Below are positions 34,581-44,235 of a DNA stretch of 47,458 bases, piece by piece. Below the pieces are notes generated by a model. That model was given only the letters and a program-made list of their open reading frames with translations. It ran no database searches and was not told the DNA's origin. The stretch comes from an uncultured Oscillospiraceae bacterium (GTDB lineage: Bacteria > Bacillota > Clostridia > Oscillospirales > Oscillospiraceae). The stretch lies in NCBI GenBank assembly GCA_944385805.1, contig CALWYR010000117.1, forward strand, positions 1 through 47,458, written 5' to 3'. Every line of letters starts with the position of its first letter. Position 1 is the stretch's first letter. The translations under genes and the position numbers were made by a program.

Positions 34581-36355
34581 CAGCCGCGCCCTCCGAAGAT
34601 GCTGTCCCACTCGGTCTCAGGCGAGGAGTCCGGCGTCGGTTCCGGCGTGGGCTCCGGCGTGGCCGCGGGGCCGGTGGAGACCCAGATATAGATGAGCGTG
34701 TGCTCCGCCACGTCGTCATAGGCGTCTACGCTCTGGCGGATGACCGTTCCGGCGTCCTGCTCGCTCTCAATATAGGTCGTATCGGCGTAGGCGAGGTTGT
34801 TGTCGCGGATGATGCTGACCGCCTCGCTCTCGGTGTAGCCCACAAGGTTGGGCATGGTGAGCATTTTAACGGAAGGGCCGGAGCTTATCGTGACGAATAT
34901 GGTGGATCCCTCTGCCAGCGGCTCGCCCGGCGCGGGGTCGGTGCTGATGACGTAGCCCTCGGTGACGGTGTCGCTGGTGGCGTAGCCGGGCTCGACCTTG
35001 AAGCCGGCGTTTTGCAGCGTAAGCGTGGCCTCCTGATAGCTGTGGTTGAGCACGTCGGGCACGACGGCCTCGCGCACCCCGGTGCTGACGGTGAGCGTCA
35101 CCTGTATGCCCTCGGGCACAATCATCATGCTGCGCCCGGCCTCCGGCTCCTGGGAGACAATCTCGCCCTCGGGGACGTCGGGGTCAATGGAATAGGTGAC
35201 AGTGAAGTCGTAGAGGCCCCGGTATGAGCTGTCGTTTATCACGCTCTCGTAGCTCTTGCCGACGAAGCTGGGCAGCTCTATGCGCTCGGCGGCGCTGAAG
35301 ATGTCGCGCAGCCAGTAGTTCCAGAGGAAGACGAAGACGGCAATCATAAATATCAGCACGCCTATGGCTCCGCTGAGGATGCTGACCTTCTTGGAGCGCT
35401 TGCGGCGGCGCGCGTACTTGGCCCGCGTCATCTCGCCGGTGCGGCTGATGGGGTCGACGTCGGGAAGTATCTCGCCCGCATAAATGTCCTCGTCCTCGCT
35501 TACCCCGCCGCGGGCGGCCTGCAGCTTGCGGAAATCCTCCAGGTCGGCGAGCAATTCGTCCGCGGTCTGGTAGCGCCCGGCAATATCGGCGCACATGGCC
35601 TTTAGGGTGATGCGCGCGAGCTCGTCGGGTATCTCCGGGTTAATCTCCTGCGGCGGCGTGGCCACGCCGGCGATGTGCTGGAGGGCGACCTGCTCGGCGG
35701 TCTCACCGTCGTAGGGCATTTGCCCGGTGAGCATCTCGTACATGACGACGCCGAGCGAGTAGATGTCGCTGCGGGTGTCGGGCTGCTCGCCGCGCGCCTG
35801 CTCGGGGGCTATATAGTGGACTGAGCCCACGGTCTGCTCGCTGCGCTGCTCCTGGGCGCTCTCCAGAGCGGCGATACCGAAGTCGGCGACCTTTATAGTG
35901 CCGTCGCGCAGTATCATGATGTTCTGGGGCTTGATATCGCGGTGGACGATGCCCTTGTCGTGCGCGTGCTCGAGCGCCTTGGTTATCTGGACGGAGAAGT
36001 GCAGCGCCTCCTTCCAGCCGAGCGCGCCCTTCTTCTGCATGTACTGCATGAGGGTCACGCCCTCTATGAGCTCCATGACGATATACTCCACGTTGTCCGA
36101 GTGGCTCACGTCGTAGACTGAGACTATGTTCGGGTGCGAAAGCATGGCGACGGCCTGCGCCTCCGTCTGGAACCGGGAGCGGAATTCGCCGTCGCGGGCG
36201 AGCTCGTCGCGGAGTATCTTCACGGCGACAAAGCGGTTGAGGCGGTGGTCGGTGGCCTTGTAGACCACGGCCATGCCGCCGGCGCCGATTATCTCCTGTA
36301 TCTCGTACCTCTCGTCCAGGGTCGTGCCCAAATACTTGTCCATACTGCTGTCCAT
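34580..36355 (-). CDS. prkC: Ser/Thr protein kinase with extracellular PASTA repeats
   Basis: Hanks kinase motifs GAGGMAVVYKA, HRDIKPQN, DFG and APE. One TM segment, then three PASTA-like repeats. ATG 36355 lies 5 nt after GGAGG. Confidence 0.9.
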   Translation of the reverse strand: MDSSMDKYLGTTLDERYEIQEIIGAGGMAVVYKATDHRLNRFVAVKILRDELARDGEFRSRFQTEAQAVAMLSHPNIVSVYDVSHSDNVEYIVMELIEGVTLMQYMQKKGALGWKEALHFSVQITKALEHAHDKGIVHRDIKPQNIMILRDGTIKVADFGIAALESAQEQRSEQTVGSVHYIAPEQARGEQPDTRSDIYSLGVVMYEMLTGQMPYDGETAEQVALQHIAGVATPPQEINPEIPDELARITLKAMCADIAGRYQTADELLADLEDFRKLQAARGGVSEDEDIYAGEILPDVDPISRTGEMTRAKYARRRKRSKKVSILSGAIGVLIFMIAVFVFLWNYWLRDIFSAAERIELPSFVGKSYESVINDSSYRGLYDFTVTYSIDPDVPEGEIVSQEPEAGRSMMIVPEGIQVTLTVSTGVREAVVPDVLNHSYQEATLTLQNAGFKVEPGYATSDTVTEGYVISTDPAPGEPLAEGSTIFVTISSGPSVKMLTMPNLVGYTESEAVSIIRDNNLAYADTTYIESEQDAGTVIRQSVDAYDDVAEHTLIYIWVSTGPAATPEPTPEPTPDSSPETEWDSIFGGRG

Positions 36356-36379
36356 GGCTGCCTCCAAACGTTCCGGGGT

Positions 36380-37117
36380 TTATTTGGAAATTATAACTAT
36401 CGTGACGTTGTCCCGGGCCTCGCGCGCGAGAGCCTCGGCCATGAGCGCCTGTGATAGTGAGAGCGGGTGTGTATTTTTGCGGGACATGGCAAAGATTTCG
36501 CTGTCCGTGAGCATATTCGTGAGCCCGTCGGAGCAGAGCAGCAGCATCTCACCGCGGCCCAGCCTGGGCGTGAACACATCGCTTGGCACCAGCTCGTTGA
36601 CGCCGAGGGCGCGCGTTATCACGTTGCGGCGCGGGTGTACCCTCGCCTGCTCAGGCGTGAGCTCGCCGCGCTCCACCATGTCCTGCACTAGGGAGTGGTC
36701 GCGCGTGACCTGCTCTATGCCTTTGCGCGTGAGCTTGTAGCAGCGGCTGTCGCCCACGTTGAGCACAGTCGCCGCGCCGTCGCAGAGCACGGCGGAGACC
36801 AGAGTGGTGCCCATGCCGGTGTAGTCCGTGTCAAAGCAGGAGTAAGAGTAAATCATGTGATTCGCCGCGTCACAGGCCTCCCTCATGAAGGAGGCTATGT
36901 CCGGGCGGCGCTTCTTACTCGTAAGTATGCGCTCTTTGAGCGCGGCGATGTATGTCTTGGCGGCCAGGTCGCTGGCGATGTTGCCGGCCTTTTCCCCGCC
37001 CATACCGTCGCAGAGCACGGCTATCACACAGTCGCGCTCGTCAAGACGCTCTATGAGGAAGCTGTCCTGGTTGTCCCGTCTCACAGCTCCCCTGTCGGTG
37101 ATGCCGTAGCTGTTCAT
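36380..37117 (-). CDS. stp: PP2C-family Ser/Thr phosphatase
   Basis: GITDRGAVRRDNQDSF, LCDGMGG, SDGLTN and DNVT motifs. ATGA overlap with rlmN. Confidence 0.9.
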   Translation of the reverse strand: MNSYGITDRGAVRRDNQDSFLIERLDERDCVIAVLCDGMGGEKAGNIASDLAAKTYIAALKERILTSKKRRPDIASFMREACDAANHMIYSYSCFDTDYTGMGTTLVSAVLCDGAATVLNVGDSRCYKLTRKGIEQVTRDHSLVQDMVERGELTPEQARVHPRRNVITRALGVNELVPSDVFTPRLGRGEMLLLCSDGLTNMLTDSEIFAMSRKNTHPLSLSQALMAEALAREARDNVTIVIISK

Positions 37118-38175
37118 TCCCTCTCCGTTCCCGCTCTCAGTGCGTCGGCGGTCTTCTTTCTCAGCTGTCCGCAGGAGGCGTCGATGTCCCCGCCCAGGGA
37201 ACGCCTCACCGTAACGTTCACGCCCTCGCGCTCCAGCGCCTTTCTGAACGCGGATATCCTCTCCGGCGGCGTGGGGGCAAAGGAGCGCTCATCCACGTGG
37301 TTGAGCGGGATGAGGTTCACATGCGCGCTCACACGCCTGGCGTGCCTGGCCAGCAGCGCCGCCTGTTCGGGCGAATCGTTTACTCCGTCTATCATGGCGT
37401 ACTCGAAGGAAATACGCCGGCCCGTGCGCCTGAAATAGGCCTCGCAGGCGTCCATCAGCTGCGCCACTCCCCTGCCGCGGTTGGCGGGCATCAGCCTGGA
37501 GCGCGTCTCGTCGTCCGGAGCGTGCAGCGACACCGAGAGCGTCAGCTGCAGATTGAGCCGGGCCAGCTCCTCAAAGCGCTCCGTGAGCCCGCAGGTGGAC
37601 AGCGAGATATGCCTCATGCCTATGTTCATGCCCTGCGGATGGTTCACAAGGCGCAGGAACTTGACAACGTTATCAAAGTTGTCGAGCGGCTCGCCTATGC
37701 CCATGAGCACGATGTGGCCAATCTTGAGGCCGGACTCCTTTTCAGAGAACATGACCTCCTCGAGCATCTCGCCGGGCTCGAGGCTGCGCACCAGCCCGCC
37801 GATGGTCGAGGCGCAGAAGGCGCAGCCCTGGCGGCAGCCGACCTGCGTTGAGATGCAGACGCTGTTGCCGTAGTGATAGCGCATGACCACAGTCTCAACG
37901 GCGTTGCCGTCGCGCAGACGCCAGAGGTACTTGACCGTGCCGTCCCCGGCGGAGACCTGCTTGCGCAGCGCGGCGGGCGCGCCGAGGCTGAACTTTTCCG
38001 CCAGCTGGGCGCGCAGCTGCTTGGGGATGTTGGTCATCTCCTCCCAGCTCTCGGCGCCGCGCGAGGCCCACTCGAAGAGCTGCTTCGCGCGGAAGGCGGG
38101 CTGGCCCATGTCCTTCAGTACGGCGGCGAGCTCCTCGGGCAGGAGAGATCTTAAATTGATTTTACCATCCTGCAT
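37114..38175 (-). CDS. rlmN: 23S rRNA/tRNA (adenine-C2)-methyltransferase, radical SAM
   Basis: FRAKQLFEW, radical-SAM CRQGCAFCAS and C-terminal CGQL. 353 aa. Confidence 0.95.
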   Translation of the reverse strand: MQDGKINLRSLLPEELAAVLKDMGQPAFRAKQLFEWASRGAESWEEMTNIPKQLRAQLAEKFSLGAPAALRKQVSAGDGTVKYLWRLRDGNAVETVVMRYHYGNSVCISTQVGCRQGCAFCASTIGGLVRSLEPGEMLEEVMFSEKESGLKIGHIVLMGIGEPLDNFDNVVKFLRLVNHPQGMNIGMRHISLSTCGLTERFEELARLNLQLTLSVSLHAPDDETRSRLMPANRGRGVAQLMDACEAYFRRTGRRISFEYAMIDGVNDSPEQAALLARHARRVSAHVNLIPLNHVDERSFAPTPPERISAFRKALEREGVNVTVRRSLGGDIDASCGQLRKKTADALRAGTERE

Positions 38176-39440
38176 ATGAAAAATCCGTCCGTTTTATCAA
38201 TATCCGGCCAGAGCGTGCGCTCCTCCGCGACTGTGAAGCCCTCGTTCCCCGCGAGGAAGGCGCGCACGACGTCCTCATTTTCGCGCTCGAGCAGAGTACA
38301 GGTGGAGTACAGCAGCGTCCCGCCCGGCTTCACGCAGGCTGCCAGTCCGGAAAGGATCGCGAGCTGTATCGCCGGGAGCGAGGCCGTCTCATAATCCGTC
38401 TTGTACCGTATCTCCGGCTTGCGGCGAATGACGCCGAAGCCCGAGCAGGGCGCGTCCGCTATTACGACGTCGAAGCGCCCGTGAAGTTCCTCTACGGGCG
38501 TGCGCGCGTCCATGGCGCGGTATTCGATCACGCCCTCGAGCCCGAGGCGCTTCGCGCCCTCCGCGACGCGGCCGAGGCGCTTTTCCTTCAAGTCGCAGGC
38601 GAGAATGCTGCCCTCGCCGCCCATGCGTATGGCGGCGGCGAAGCTCTTGCCGCCCGGGGCCGAGCAGGCGTCCAGGACGCTCATGCCCCTCTCCGGCGCG
38701 GCGGCCTCAACGGCCATGCGCGCGGCGGCGTCCTGCACGTAGAAATATCCCTCGTCATAACCCGGCAGGGCGCTTATGAGCCCCGAGGGCGGGAGGTCGA
38801 AGGAGTCCGGCAGCGCTCCGGGCTCTGCCCCGATGCCGGCAGCCTGAAGGGCGGCCGAAAGCCCGGCGGAGCTCGTTTTGAGCGTGTTGACCTGTATGGT
38901 CAGGGGCGGCTCGGCGTTATTCGCCCGGCAGAGGGCCTCCGCGCCCTCATAGCCGCGGCGGCGGACAAACTCCTCCGCAATCCAGCTCGAGAGCGTGTAG
39001 CGGAAGCCGAGGTATTCGGCTCCGGAGACGCGCTTGAATATCTCCGGCGGCTCAGCGCGGTTTTCCGCCACGCGGCGCAATACGCCGTTCACGTAGCTCG
39101 TCGCGCGCTCGCCTTCATATTTCCGGCAGAGCTCGACGGCCTCGTTCACCGCCGCGCTGGGCGGGATGCGGTCCATAAAGAGCAGCTGCGCCGCGCTTAT
39201 GACCAGGATGTCGTACACGACGTGCTCGAGGCGGTTCATCGGGATGTTCGACCAGCTCTCAAGGACGGAGCCTATATAGCCGCGGTTGCTCACCGCCTCG
39301 TGGACTATGCGCGAGCAGAGCGCGGCGTCGCGACGGTCGAGCCTGAAGGCGCGTATGGCCTCGTCGACGGCCTCGCCCATGAATTTCCCCTTGCGCACGA
39401 GGGACATGGCCCTCAGCGCGGCCTCTCTCGCCGGGCTCAT
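38151..39440 (-). CDS. rsmB: 16S rRNA (cytosine967-C5)-methyltransferase
   Basis: NusB-like N-terminus MSPAREAALRAM. DACSAPGGKS SAM motif, DAPCSG and TCT catalytic Cys motifs. Trimmed from the 614-aa tracked ORF. ATGA overlap with the fmt stop. Confidence 0.9.
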   Translation of the reverse strand: MSPAREAALRAMSLVRKGKFMGEAVDEAIRAFRLDRRDAALCSRIVHEAVSNRGYIGSVLESWSNIPMNRLEHVVYDILVISAAQLLFMDRIPPSAAVNEAVELCRKYEGERATSYVNGVLRRVAENRAEPPEIFKRVSGAEYLGFRYTLSSWIAEEFVRRRGYEGAEALCRANNAEPPLTIQVNTLKTSSAGLSAALQAAGIGAEPGALPDSFDLPPSGLISALPGYDEGYFYVQDAAARMAVEAAAPERGMSVLDACSAPGGKSFAAAIRMGGEGSILACDLKEKRLGRVAEGAKRLGLEGVIEYRAMDARTPVEELHGRFDVVIADAPCSGFGVIRRKPEIRYKTDYETASLPAIQLAILSGLAACVKPGGTLLYSTCTLLERENEDVVRAFLAGNEGFTVAEERTLWPDIDKTDGFFICRMVKSI

Positions 39441-40357
39441 GCTATGCTCACCGGGTGGCCCACGAGGTAGGCGGCGGCGCTCATGCGCTTCCTGCCGGGA
39501 GCCTGGAGCTCGGTTATGAGGACGCTTTTCCCGCCGCCGCAGGCAATCTCCAGCCCGTCCTTTCCGGCGGAGACCACGCTGCCCGGGGCCTTGTCCGTTG
39601 CCGTGGCCGTGTGGCGCGCGGCGAAGACCTTCAGCGTCTCGCCGCCCAGCTCCATCGTGGCGACGGGCCCGGGGTTGAGGCCGCAGACGTGCTATATAAT
39701 CTCGCGCGGGGATTTGGACCAGTCTATGGGGCAGAGGCTCTTGTCCAGCTGGCCGACGTAAGTGGCCTCGGCGTGGTTCTGCGGCCTGCGCGGGGCCGTG
39801 CCGGCCTCTATGTCCGCGACGGTCTTCACAAGCAGCTCTCCGCCGAGCTTCGCGAGCCGGTCGAAGAGCTCGCCCGCCGTCTCGTATTCGCCGACGGGCA
39901 CGGCGCTCTGATATATGATGTCGCCCGCGTCCATGTCGTGGGCGAGGTACATTGTCGTGACGCCCGCGTACTCGTCGCCGTTGAGCACCGACCACTGTAT
40001 GGGCGAAGCCCCGCGGTAGCGCGGCAGGAGCGAGCCGTGGACGTTGACCGCGCCGTATTTGGGTATCGCCAATATCTCGTCGGGCAGCAGCTTGCCGTAG
40101 GCCACGACGCAGAGTATGTCGGGCCGCAGGGACTCAATCAGCTCGCGGGCTTCCGGAGTGCGCAGGCTTTCGGGCTGATATACTTCGAGCTCGCGCTCGA
40201 GCGCGAGCTTTTTTGTCTCGCACGCGGCGAGCTTCATTCCGCGGCCACGCGGCCTGTCCGGCTGCGTGAAAACGCCGGCTATCTCACAGCCTGCCTCCAG
40301 CAACGCCGAGAGGCTCTCGGCGGCGAAGTCCGGCGTGCCCATGAAGACTGCGCGCAT
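39437..40357 (-). pseudogene. fmt: Methionyl-tRNA formyltransferase interrupted by one in-frame TAG (39692-39694)
   Basis: Tracked ORFs 39692..40357 (N-terminal, MRAVFMGTPDFA...HGSLLPRYRGASPIQ) and 39437..39655 (C-terminal) are in the same frame. The read-through translation is ...WSKSPREII*HVCGLNPGPVATMELGG. Total length is 306 codons, normal for Fmt. Confidence 0.85.
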
Positions 40358-40869
40358 TACTCGAGCTCCTCCTGCCAGCTGCCGCTCTCGAGCTCCTCCT
40401 CGGTGAGCATACGCTTGGAAAGCTGCGTGAACATGATGCCGTCGAGGTGGTCCACCTCGTGGCAGAAGCAGCGGGCGGTGAGCTCGTGGCCCTTGACCTC
40501 AAAGTAATTGCCGTCGCGGTCCTGTGCGCGCACGGTCACGTCCATGGGACGGGTGACGAGGTCAAAGCGGCCGGGCACGGAGAGGCAGCCCTCGGGGCCG
40601 GTCTGGCCGCCCTCACAGGCGATTATCTCCGGGTTGACAAGCTCGATAACATAGGGCTCCTCGCCCTCGGGCACATTGGTCTCCAGCACGAGCACAACGC
40701 GCCTGAGCACTCCGACCTGCGGCGCGGCAAGGCCGACGCCGTCCGCCTCAGCCAGGGTCTCGCGCATGTCGTCGATGAGCTGGTGCAGTCGCGCGTCAAA
40801 GCTGGTGACAGCGCGGCAGCGCTTGTGAAGCACGCTGTCGCCCTCGGTTACTATCCTGCGAAGTGCCAT
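40357..40869 (-). CDS. def: Peptide deformylase
   Basis: GVGLAAPQVG, EGCLSVPG and HEVDHLDG motifs. 170 aa. Confidence 0.95.
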   Translation of the reverse strand: MALRRIVTEGDSVLHKRCRAVTSFDARLHQLIDDMRETLAEADGVGLAAPQVGVLRRVVLVLETNVPEGEEPYVIELVNPEIIACEGGQTGPEGCLSVPGRFDLVTRPMDVTVRAQDRDGNYFEVKGHELTARCFCHEVDHLDGIMFTQLSKRMLTEEELESGSWQEELE

Positions 40870-40879
40870 TTATATCCTC

Positions 40880-43138
40880 CTAATCTGAGGGGTTCGTGTC
40901 AGCGTATACGTTGACTCCCTTGAAATACTTGCTTGCTCCCGCGCGCACCACGGTGTCCGCCACCACGCGGCGCATGCCGGCGCCCGGCGAGGCGCAGAGG
41001 GTAACACGGTAGCGGTAGTTGTTGTTGACCTTCAGTATGGCGAGCGGCGCGGGGCCGAGCACCCTCGCCCCCTCTACACCCTGCGAGCTGGCGCGAAGGT
41101 GGCGCATGACGCGGTGGGCGCAGTCGAGCACCTGGTTCTCGTCCAGCCCGGAGAGCGTAACGCTCAGCAGCTCGGCGAAGGGCGGCAGGGCCTGCATGCG
41201 CCGCAGCTCTATCTCCGAGCGGAAGAAGCTCTCGTAATCCTGCCGCGCGGCCTGTATGATGGTCTCGTTCGCCGGCGTATAGGTCTGGATGACGGCGCGG
41301 CCCGGCTTCTCAAATCGGCCTGAGCGGCCCACTACCTGGGTTATCAGCGAGAAGGTGCGCTCGCTGGCGCGGTAGTCGCCCGCGTAGAGCCCCTGGTCGG
41401 CGCAGATAACGCCGACAAGGGTGACATTTTCAAAGTTGAGGCCCTTGGTCACCATCTGTGTGCCGACCATTATCGGCACCCTCTCGCTGCGGAAGCGCTC
41501 GAGCAGCTTGTCGTGCCCTCCCGCGCCGGCGACGGTGTCGGTGTCCATACGCAGCACCTCTACGCCGGGGAAGAGCTCGCTGAGCTCCTCCTCCACCTTC
41601 TGCGTGCCCGCGCCAACGTATTTGAGCGTGCCGCCGCACTCGGGGCAGCTCTCGTCAAGCGGCTGGCTGTAGCCGCAGTGGTGGCACATAAGGCGGTGGC
41701 CGTAGCTGTGGAAGGTGAGGCTCACCGAGCAGTTGGGGCAGTGGTATGAGTAGCCGCACTCAACGCAGGTGACGAGCTTGTTGGCGCCGCGGCGGTTGAT
41801 GAAGAGTATGCTCTGCTCGCCGCGCTCGATATTCTTCTGCAGCTCCTCGCGCAGGCGAGCGCTGATTGAGCCGCCGTTGCCGCGCCTGAGCTCGCGCTTG
41901 AGGTCGACTATCTCCACCTCGGGCAGCTCGCGCTCGTTATAGCGGCCGGGCAGGGTGAAGAAGCCGTAGCGTCCGGTGTCGGCATAGTAACGGCTCTCCA
42001 CGTCCGGCGTTGCGCTGCCGAGCAGCAGCAGCGCGCCGCTCTGCGCGCAGCGGTACTTGGCCACGTCGCGAGCGTGGTAGCGCGGGGCGTTTTCACTCTT
42101 ATAGGTGTCCTCCTGCTCCTCGTCTATTATCACGAGCCCGAGCTCGCTCACCGGGGCGAAGACGGCGCTGCGGGTGCCGATGACAACCCTCGCGCCGCCG
42201 CTTTTGATGCGGCGCCACTCGTCGAAGCGCTCCCCGGCGGAGAGGCTCGAGTGCAGCACGGCGATTTCGTCGCCGAAGTGCGCGGCGAAGGTGCGCAGCA
42301 TCTGCGGCGTGAGCGCGATCTCAGGCACAAGCAGCATACAGCTGCGCCCGCGCCTGAGCTGCTCGGCTATGAGGCGGATATAGATGGTCGTTTTTCCCGA
42401 ACCGGTGACGCCGAAGAGCAGCGCGGCCCCGGCCTTTTCGCCATTTGCGAGGGCGTTTATGCCTTCAAAGGCGCGCTGCTGGCTCTCGCTGAGCTCGGGC
42501 AGCTCGGCGCACCCGGCAGCTACCTGCGGGCGGCGGAAAACCTCCTCGTCCTCAAGCAGGACGAAGCCCTGCTTTACGAGCGAGTTGAGGCTCTGGCGTT
42601 TGGCGCCGGAGAACTCGAGCAGGTCGTGCAGCTCCGCCCGGCCAGCGGCGCAGAGCGTGCGCAGCAGCTCGGCCTGCTGCGGGGCCTTGCCGCGCTTGCG
42701 CAGGGCGGCCTCGGCGGCCTCCTCGGCGGGTACGGCCAGCGAGGCCATGGTGACATACTTCTCGCGCTGGCGCATACGGCCGCCGCTGAACCAGAAGCCG
42801 GCCGGCAGTATGGCCTTGACCGCCTCATACACGGTGCAGAAGAAGCGCTCGTGCATCCACATCGCCAGAGAGAGCATACCCGCGTCGAGCAGCGGCTCGG
42901 CGTCCAGCGCGGCGGTCACATTCTTGAGCTTTTCAAAGTCGCTCTCCGGGGCCAGGGCGAGGACTATGCCCTCGGTAGCCCGGTTGGCCCTGCCGAACGG
43001 CACCTCAACGCGCACTCCGGGCCGCACCCGCTCCGCGAGTGAGTCCGGCACCAGGTAGTCATAGGGCCTGTCCAGTCGGAAGGGTACGCCGCTGACGGCT
43101 ATTTTCGCGACCTTCAGCTCCGGCATGGTCTGTGGCAA
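40880..43138 (-). CDS. priA: Primosomal replication restart helicase PriA
   Basis: Walker A GVTGSGKT, DEEQ, and the Cys-rich Zn insert CVECGYSYHCPNCSVSLTFH...CHHCGY...CPECG. 752 aa. It ends in TAG. Confidence 0.95.
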   Translation of the reverse strand: MPQTMPELKVAKIAVSGVPFRLDRPYDYLVPDSLAERVRPGVRVEVPFGRANRATEGIVLALAPESDFEKLKNVTAALDAEPLLDAGMLSLAMWMHERFFCTVYEAVKAILPAGFWFSGGRMRQREKYVTMASLAVPAEEAAEAALRKRGKAPQQAELLRTLCAAGRAELHDLLEFSGAKRQSLNSLVKQGFVLLEDEEVFRRPQVAAGCAELPELSESQQRAFEGINALANGEKAGAALLFGVTGSGKTTIYIRLIAEQLRRGRSCMLLVPEIALTPQMLRTFAAHFGDEIAVLHSSLSAGERFDEWRRIKSGGARVVIGTRSAVFAPVSELGLVIIDEEQEDTYKSENAPRYHARDVAKYRCAQSGALLLLGSATPDVESRYYADTGRYGFFTLPGRYNERELPEVEIVDLKRELRRGNGGSISARLREELQKNIERGEQSILFINRRGANKLVTCVECGYSYHCPNCSVSLTFHSYGHRLMCHHCGYSQPLDESCPECGGTLKYVGAGTQKVEEELSELFPGVEVLRMDTDTVAGAGGHDKLLERFRSERVPIMVGTQMVTKGLNFENVTLVGVICADQGLYAGDYRASERTFSLITQVVGRSGRFEKPGRAVIQTYTPANETIIQAARQDYESFFRSEIELRRMQALPPFAELLSVTLSGLDENQVLDCAHRVMRHLRASSQGVEGARVLGPAPLAILKVNNNYRYRVTLCASPGAGMRRVVADTVVRAGASKYFKGVNVYADTNPSD

Positions 43139-43170
43139 TACGCGCGAAAGGGCAGCGGCGGCCTAAGCCG

Positions 43171-43368
43171 TCACTGCTCCTCCTTTATCTTCAGCCTGCC
43201 GGTGTACACCTCGTCGATGGCGGTGGAGATGGGCTTGATCTCCAGCGGCTCGCCGGTCTCCTCGGCCTTCTGGGAAATGTCGCGCGCGCGGCGGGCGACG
43301 AGATTGACGAGCAGGTAACGGCTGCCGACCTTCTTTACGAGCTCGGCCATGGGGGGATAAAGCATCAT
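43171..43368 (-). CDS. rpoZ: DNA-directed RNA polymerase subunit omega
   Basis: 65 aa: MMLYPPMAELVKKVGSRYLLVNLVARRARDI. ATGA overlap with the gmk stop. Trimmed from tracked ORF 43509. Confidence 0.85.
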   Translation of the reverse strand: MMLYPPMAELVKKVGSRYLLVNLVARRARDISQKAEETGEPLEIKPISTAIDEVYTGRLKIKEEQ

Positions 43369-43979
43369 GATATAAGCACCTCTGTAACAAGATTGAGTCT
43401 GTCCGCCGCGCGGCATTTTTCCGCGGTCAGGATGGCGTCGAGCTGCCCGGCGGCGGCTTCTGGGTCGTCGTTGACGACTATATAACCGTACTTCCCGGCC
43501 TCGGCGCATTCGCGCTTGGCCTGCAGAAGGCGTTCACGTATTTTTTCGTCCGAGTCCGTGTTGCGGTGTCTCAGACGGCGCTCGAGCTCCGCGCCCGAGG
43601 GCGGGAGGATGAAGACGCTGACGGCGTCCGGGCAGTTTTTCTGTATCTGCCCCGCGCCCTGGACCTCTATGTCCAGTATGACGCTCTTGCCCTCCAGCCG
43701 CCGCTGCTCGACATAGCCGCGGGGCGTACCGTAGCGGTTGCCCACGTACTCGGCGTTCTCAAGGAGGTAGCCTCCGTCGGCGAGCTCCTGGAAGTGCTGC
43801 GGCGTGACAAAAAAATAGTCCTTGCCCTCCACCTCGCCCGGGCGCGGCGGACGGGTGGTGACGCTGACCGAGAAGCAGACGTCGTCGCGCATCTCCATCA
43901 GCCTGCCGATGACCGTGCTCTTGCCGGCGCCGGAGGGGCCGGAAATCACCAGCAGCTTGCCCTTTTCATTCGTATTCAT
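43365..43979 (-). CDS. gmk: Guanylate kinase
   Basis: GPSGAGKST P-loop, TTRPPRPGEVEGKDYFF and YGT motifs. Confidence 0.95.
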   Translation of the reverse strand: MNTNEKGKLLVISGPSGAGKSTVIGRLMEMRDDVCFSVSVTTRPPRPGEVEGKDYFFVTPQHFQELADGGYLLENAEYVGNRYGTPRGYVEQRRLEGKSVILDIEVQGAGQIQKNCPDAVSVFILPPSGAELERRLRHRNTDSDEKIRERLLQAKRECAEAGKYGYIVVNDDPEAAAGQLDAILTAEKCRAADRLNLVTEVLIS

Positions 43980-44232
43980 CCGCGCTGCCTCCCTCGCCCT
44001 GATATCCGAGCCGCTCGGCCAGCTGCTCGCTGCCGAGGGCGGAAAGTATGATGTAGCCGCCGTCTGTCACCAGCACGGAGCGCGTCTTGCGCCCATAGCT
44101 GGCGTCGATGAGGCTGCCGCGCTCGCGCGCGTCCTGCGTCATGCGCTTTATGGGGGCCGAGTCCGGGCTCAGCACGCTGACCAGCCGGGCCGACTCCACA
44201 AAGCTGCCAAAGCCAATGTTCACCAGCGCCAT
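43966..44232 (-). CDS. remA: DUF370 / RemA-family regulator
   Basis: 88 aa: MALVNIGFGSFVESARLVSVLSPDSAPIKRM...TRSVLVTDGGYIILSAL. Confidence 0.85.
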   Translation of the reverse strand: MALVNIGFGSFVESARLVSVLSPDSAPIKRMTQDARERGSLIDASYGRKTRSVLVTDGGYIILSALGSEQLAERLGYQGEGGSADEYE

Positions 44233-44235
44233 TAC

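Noticed and set aside
39441-39995. An N-terminal ~185-aa extension of the 614-aa tracked ORF that contains rsmB.
   Set aside because: The extension is Arg/Gly-rich nonsense that overlaps the real C-terminal part of fmt in another frame. RsmB starts at ATG 39440 (MSPAREAALRAM), with an ATGA overlap to the fmt stop.
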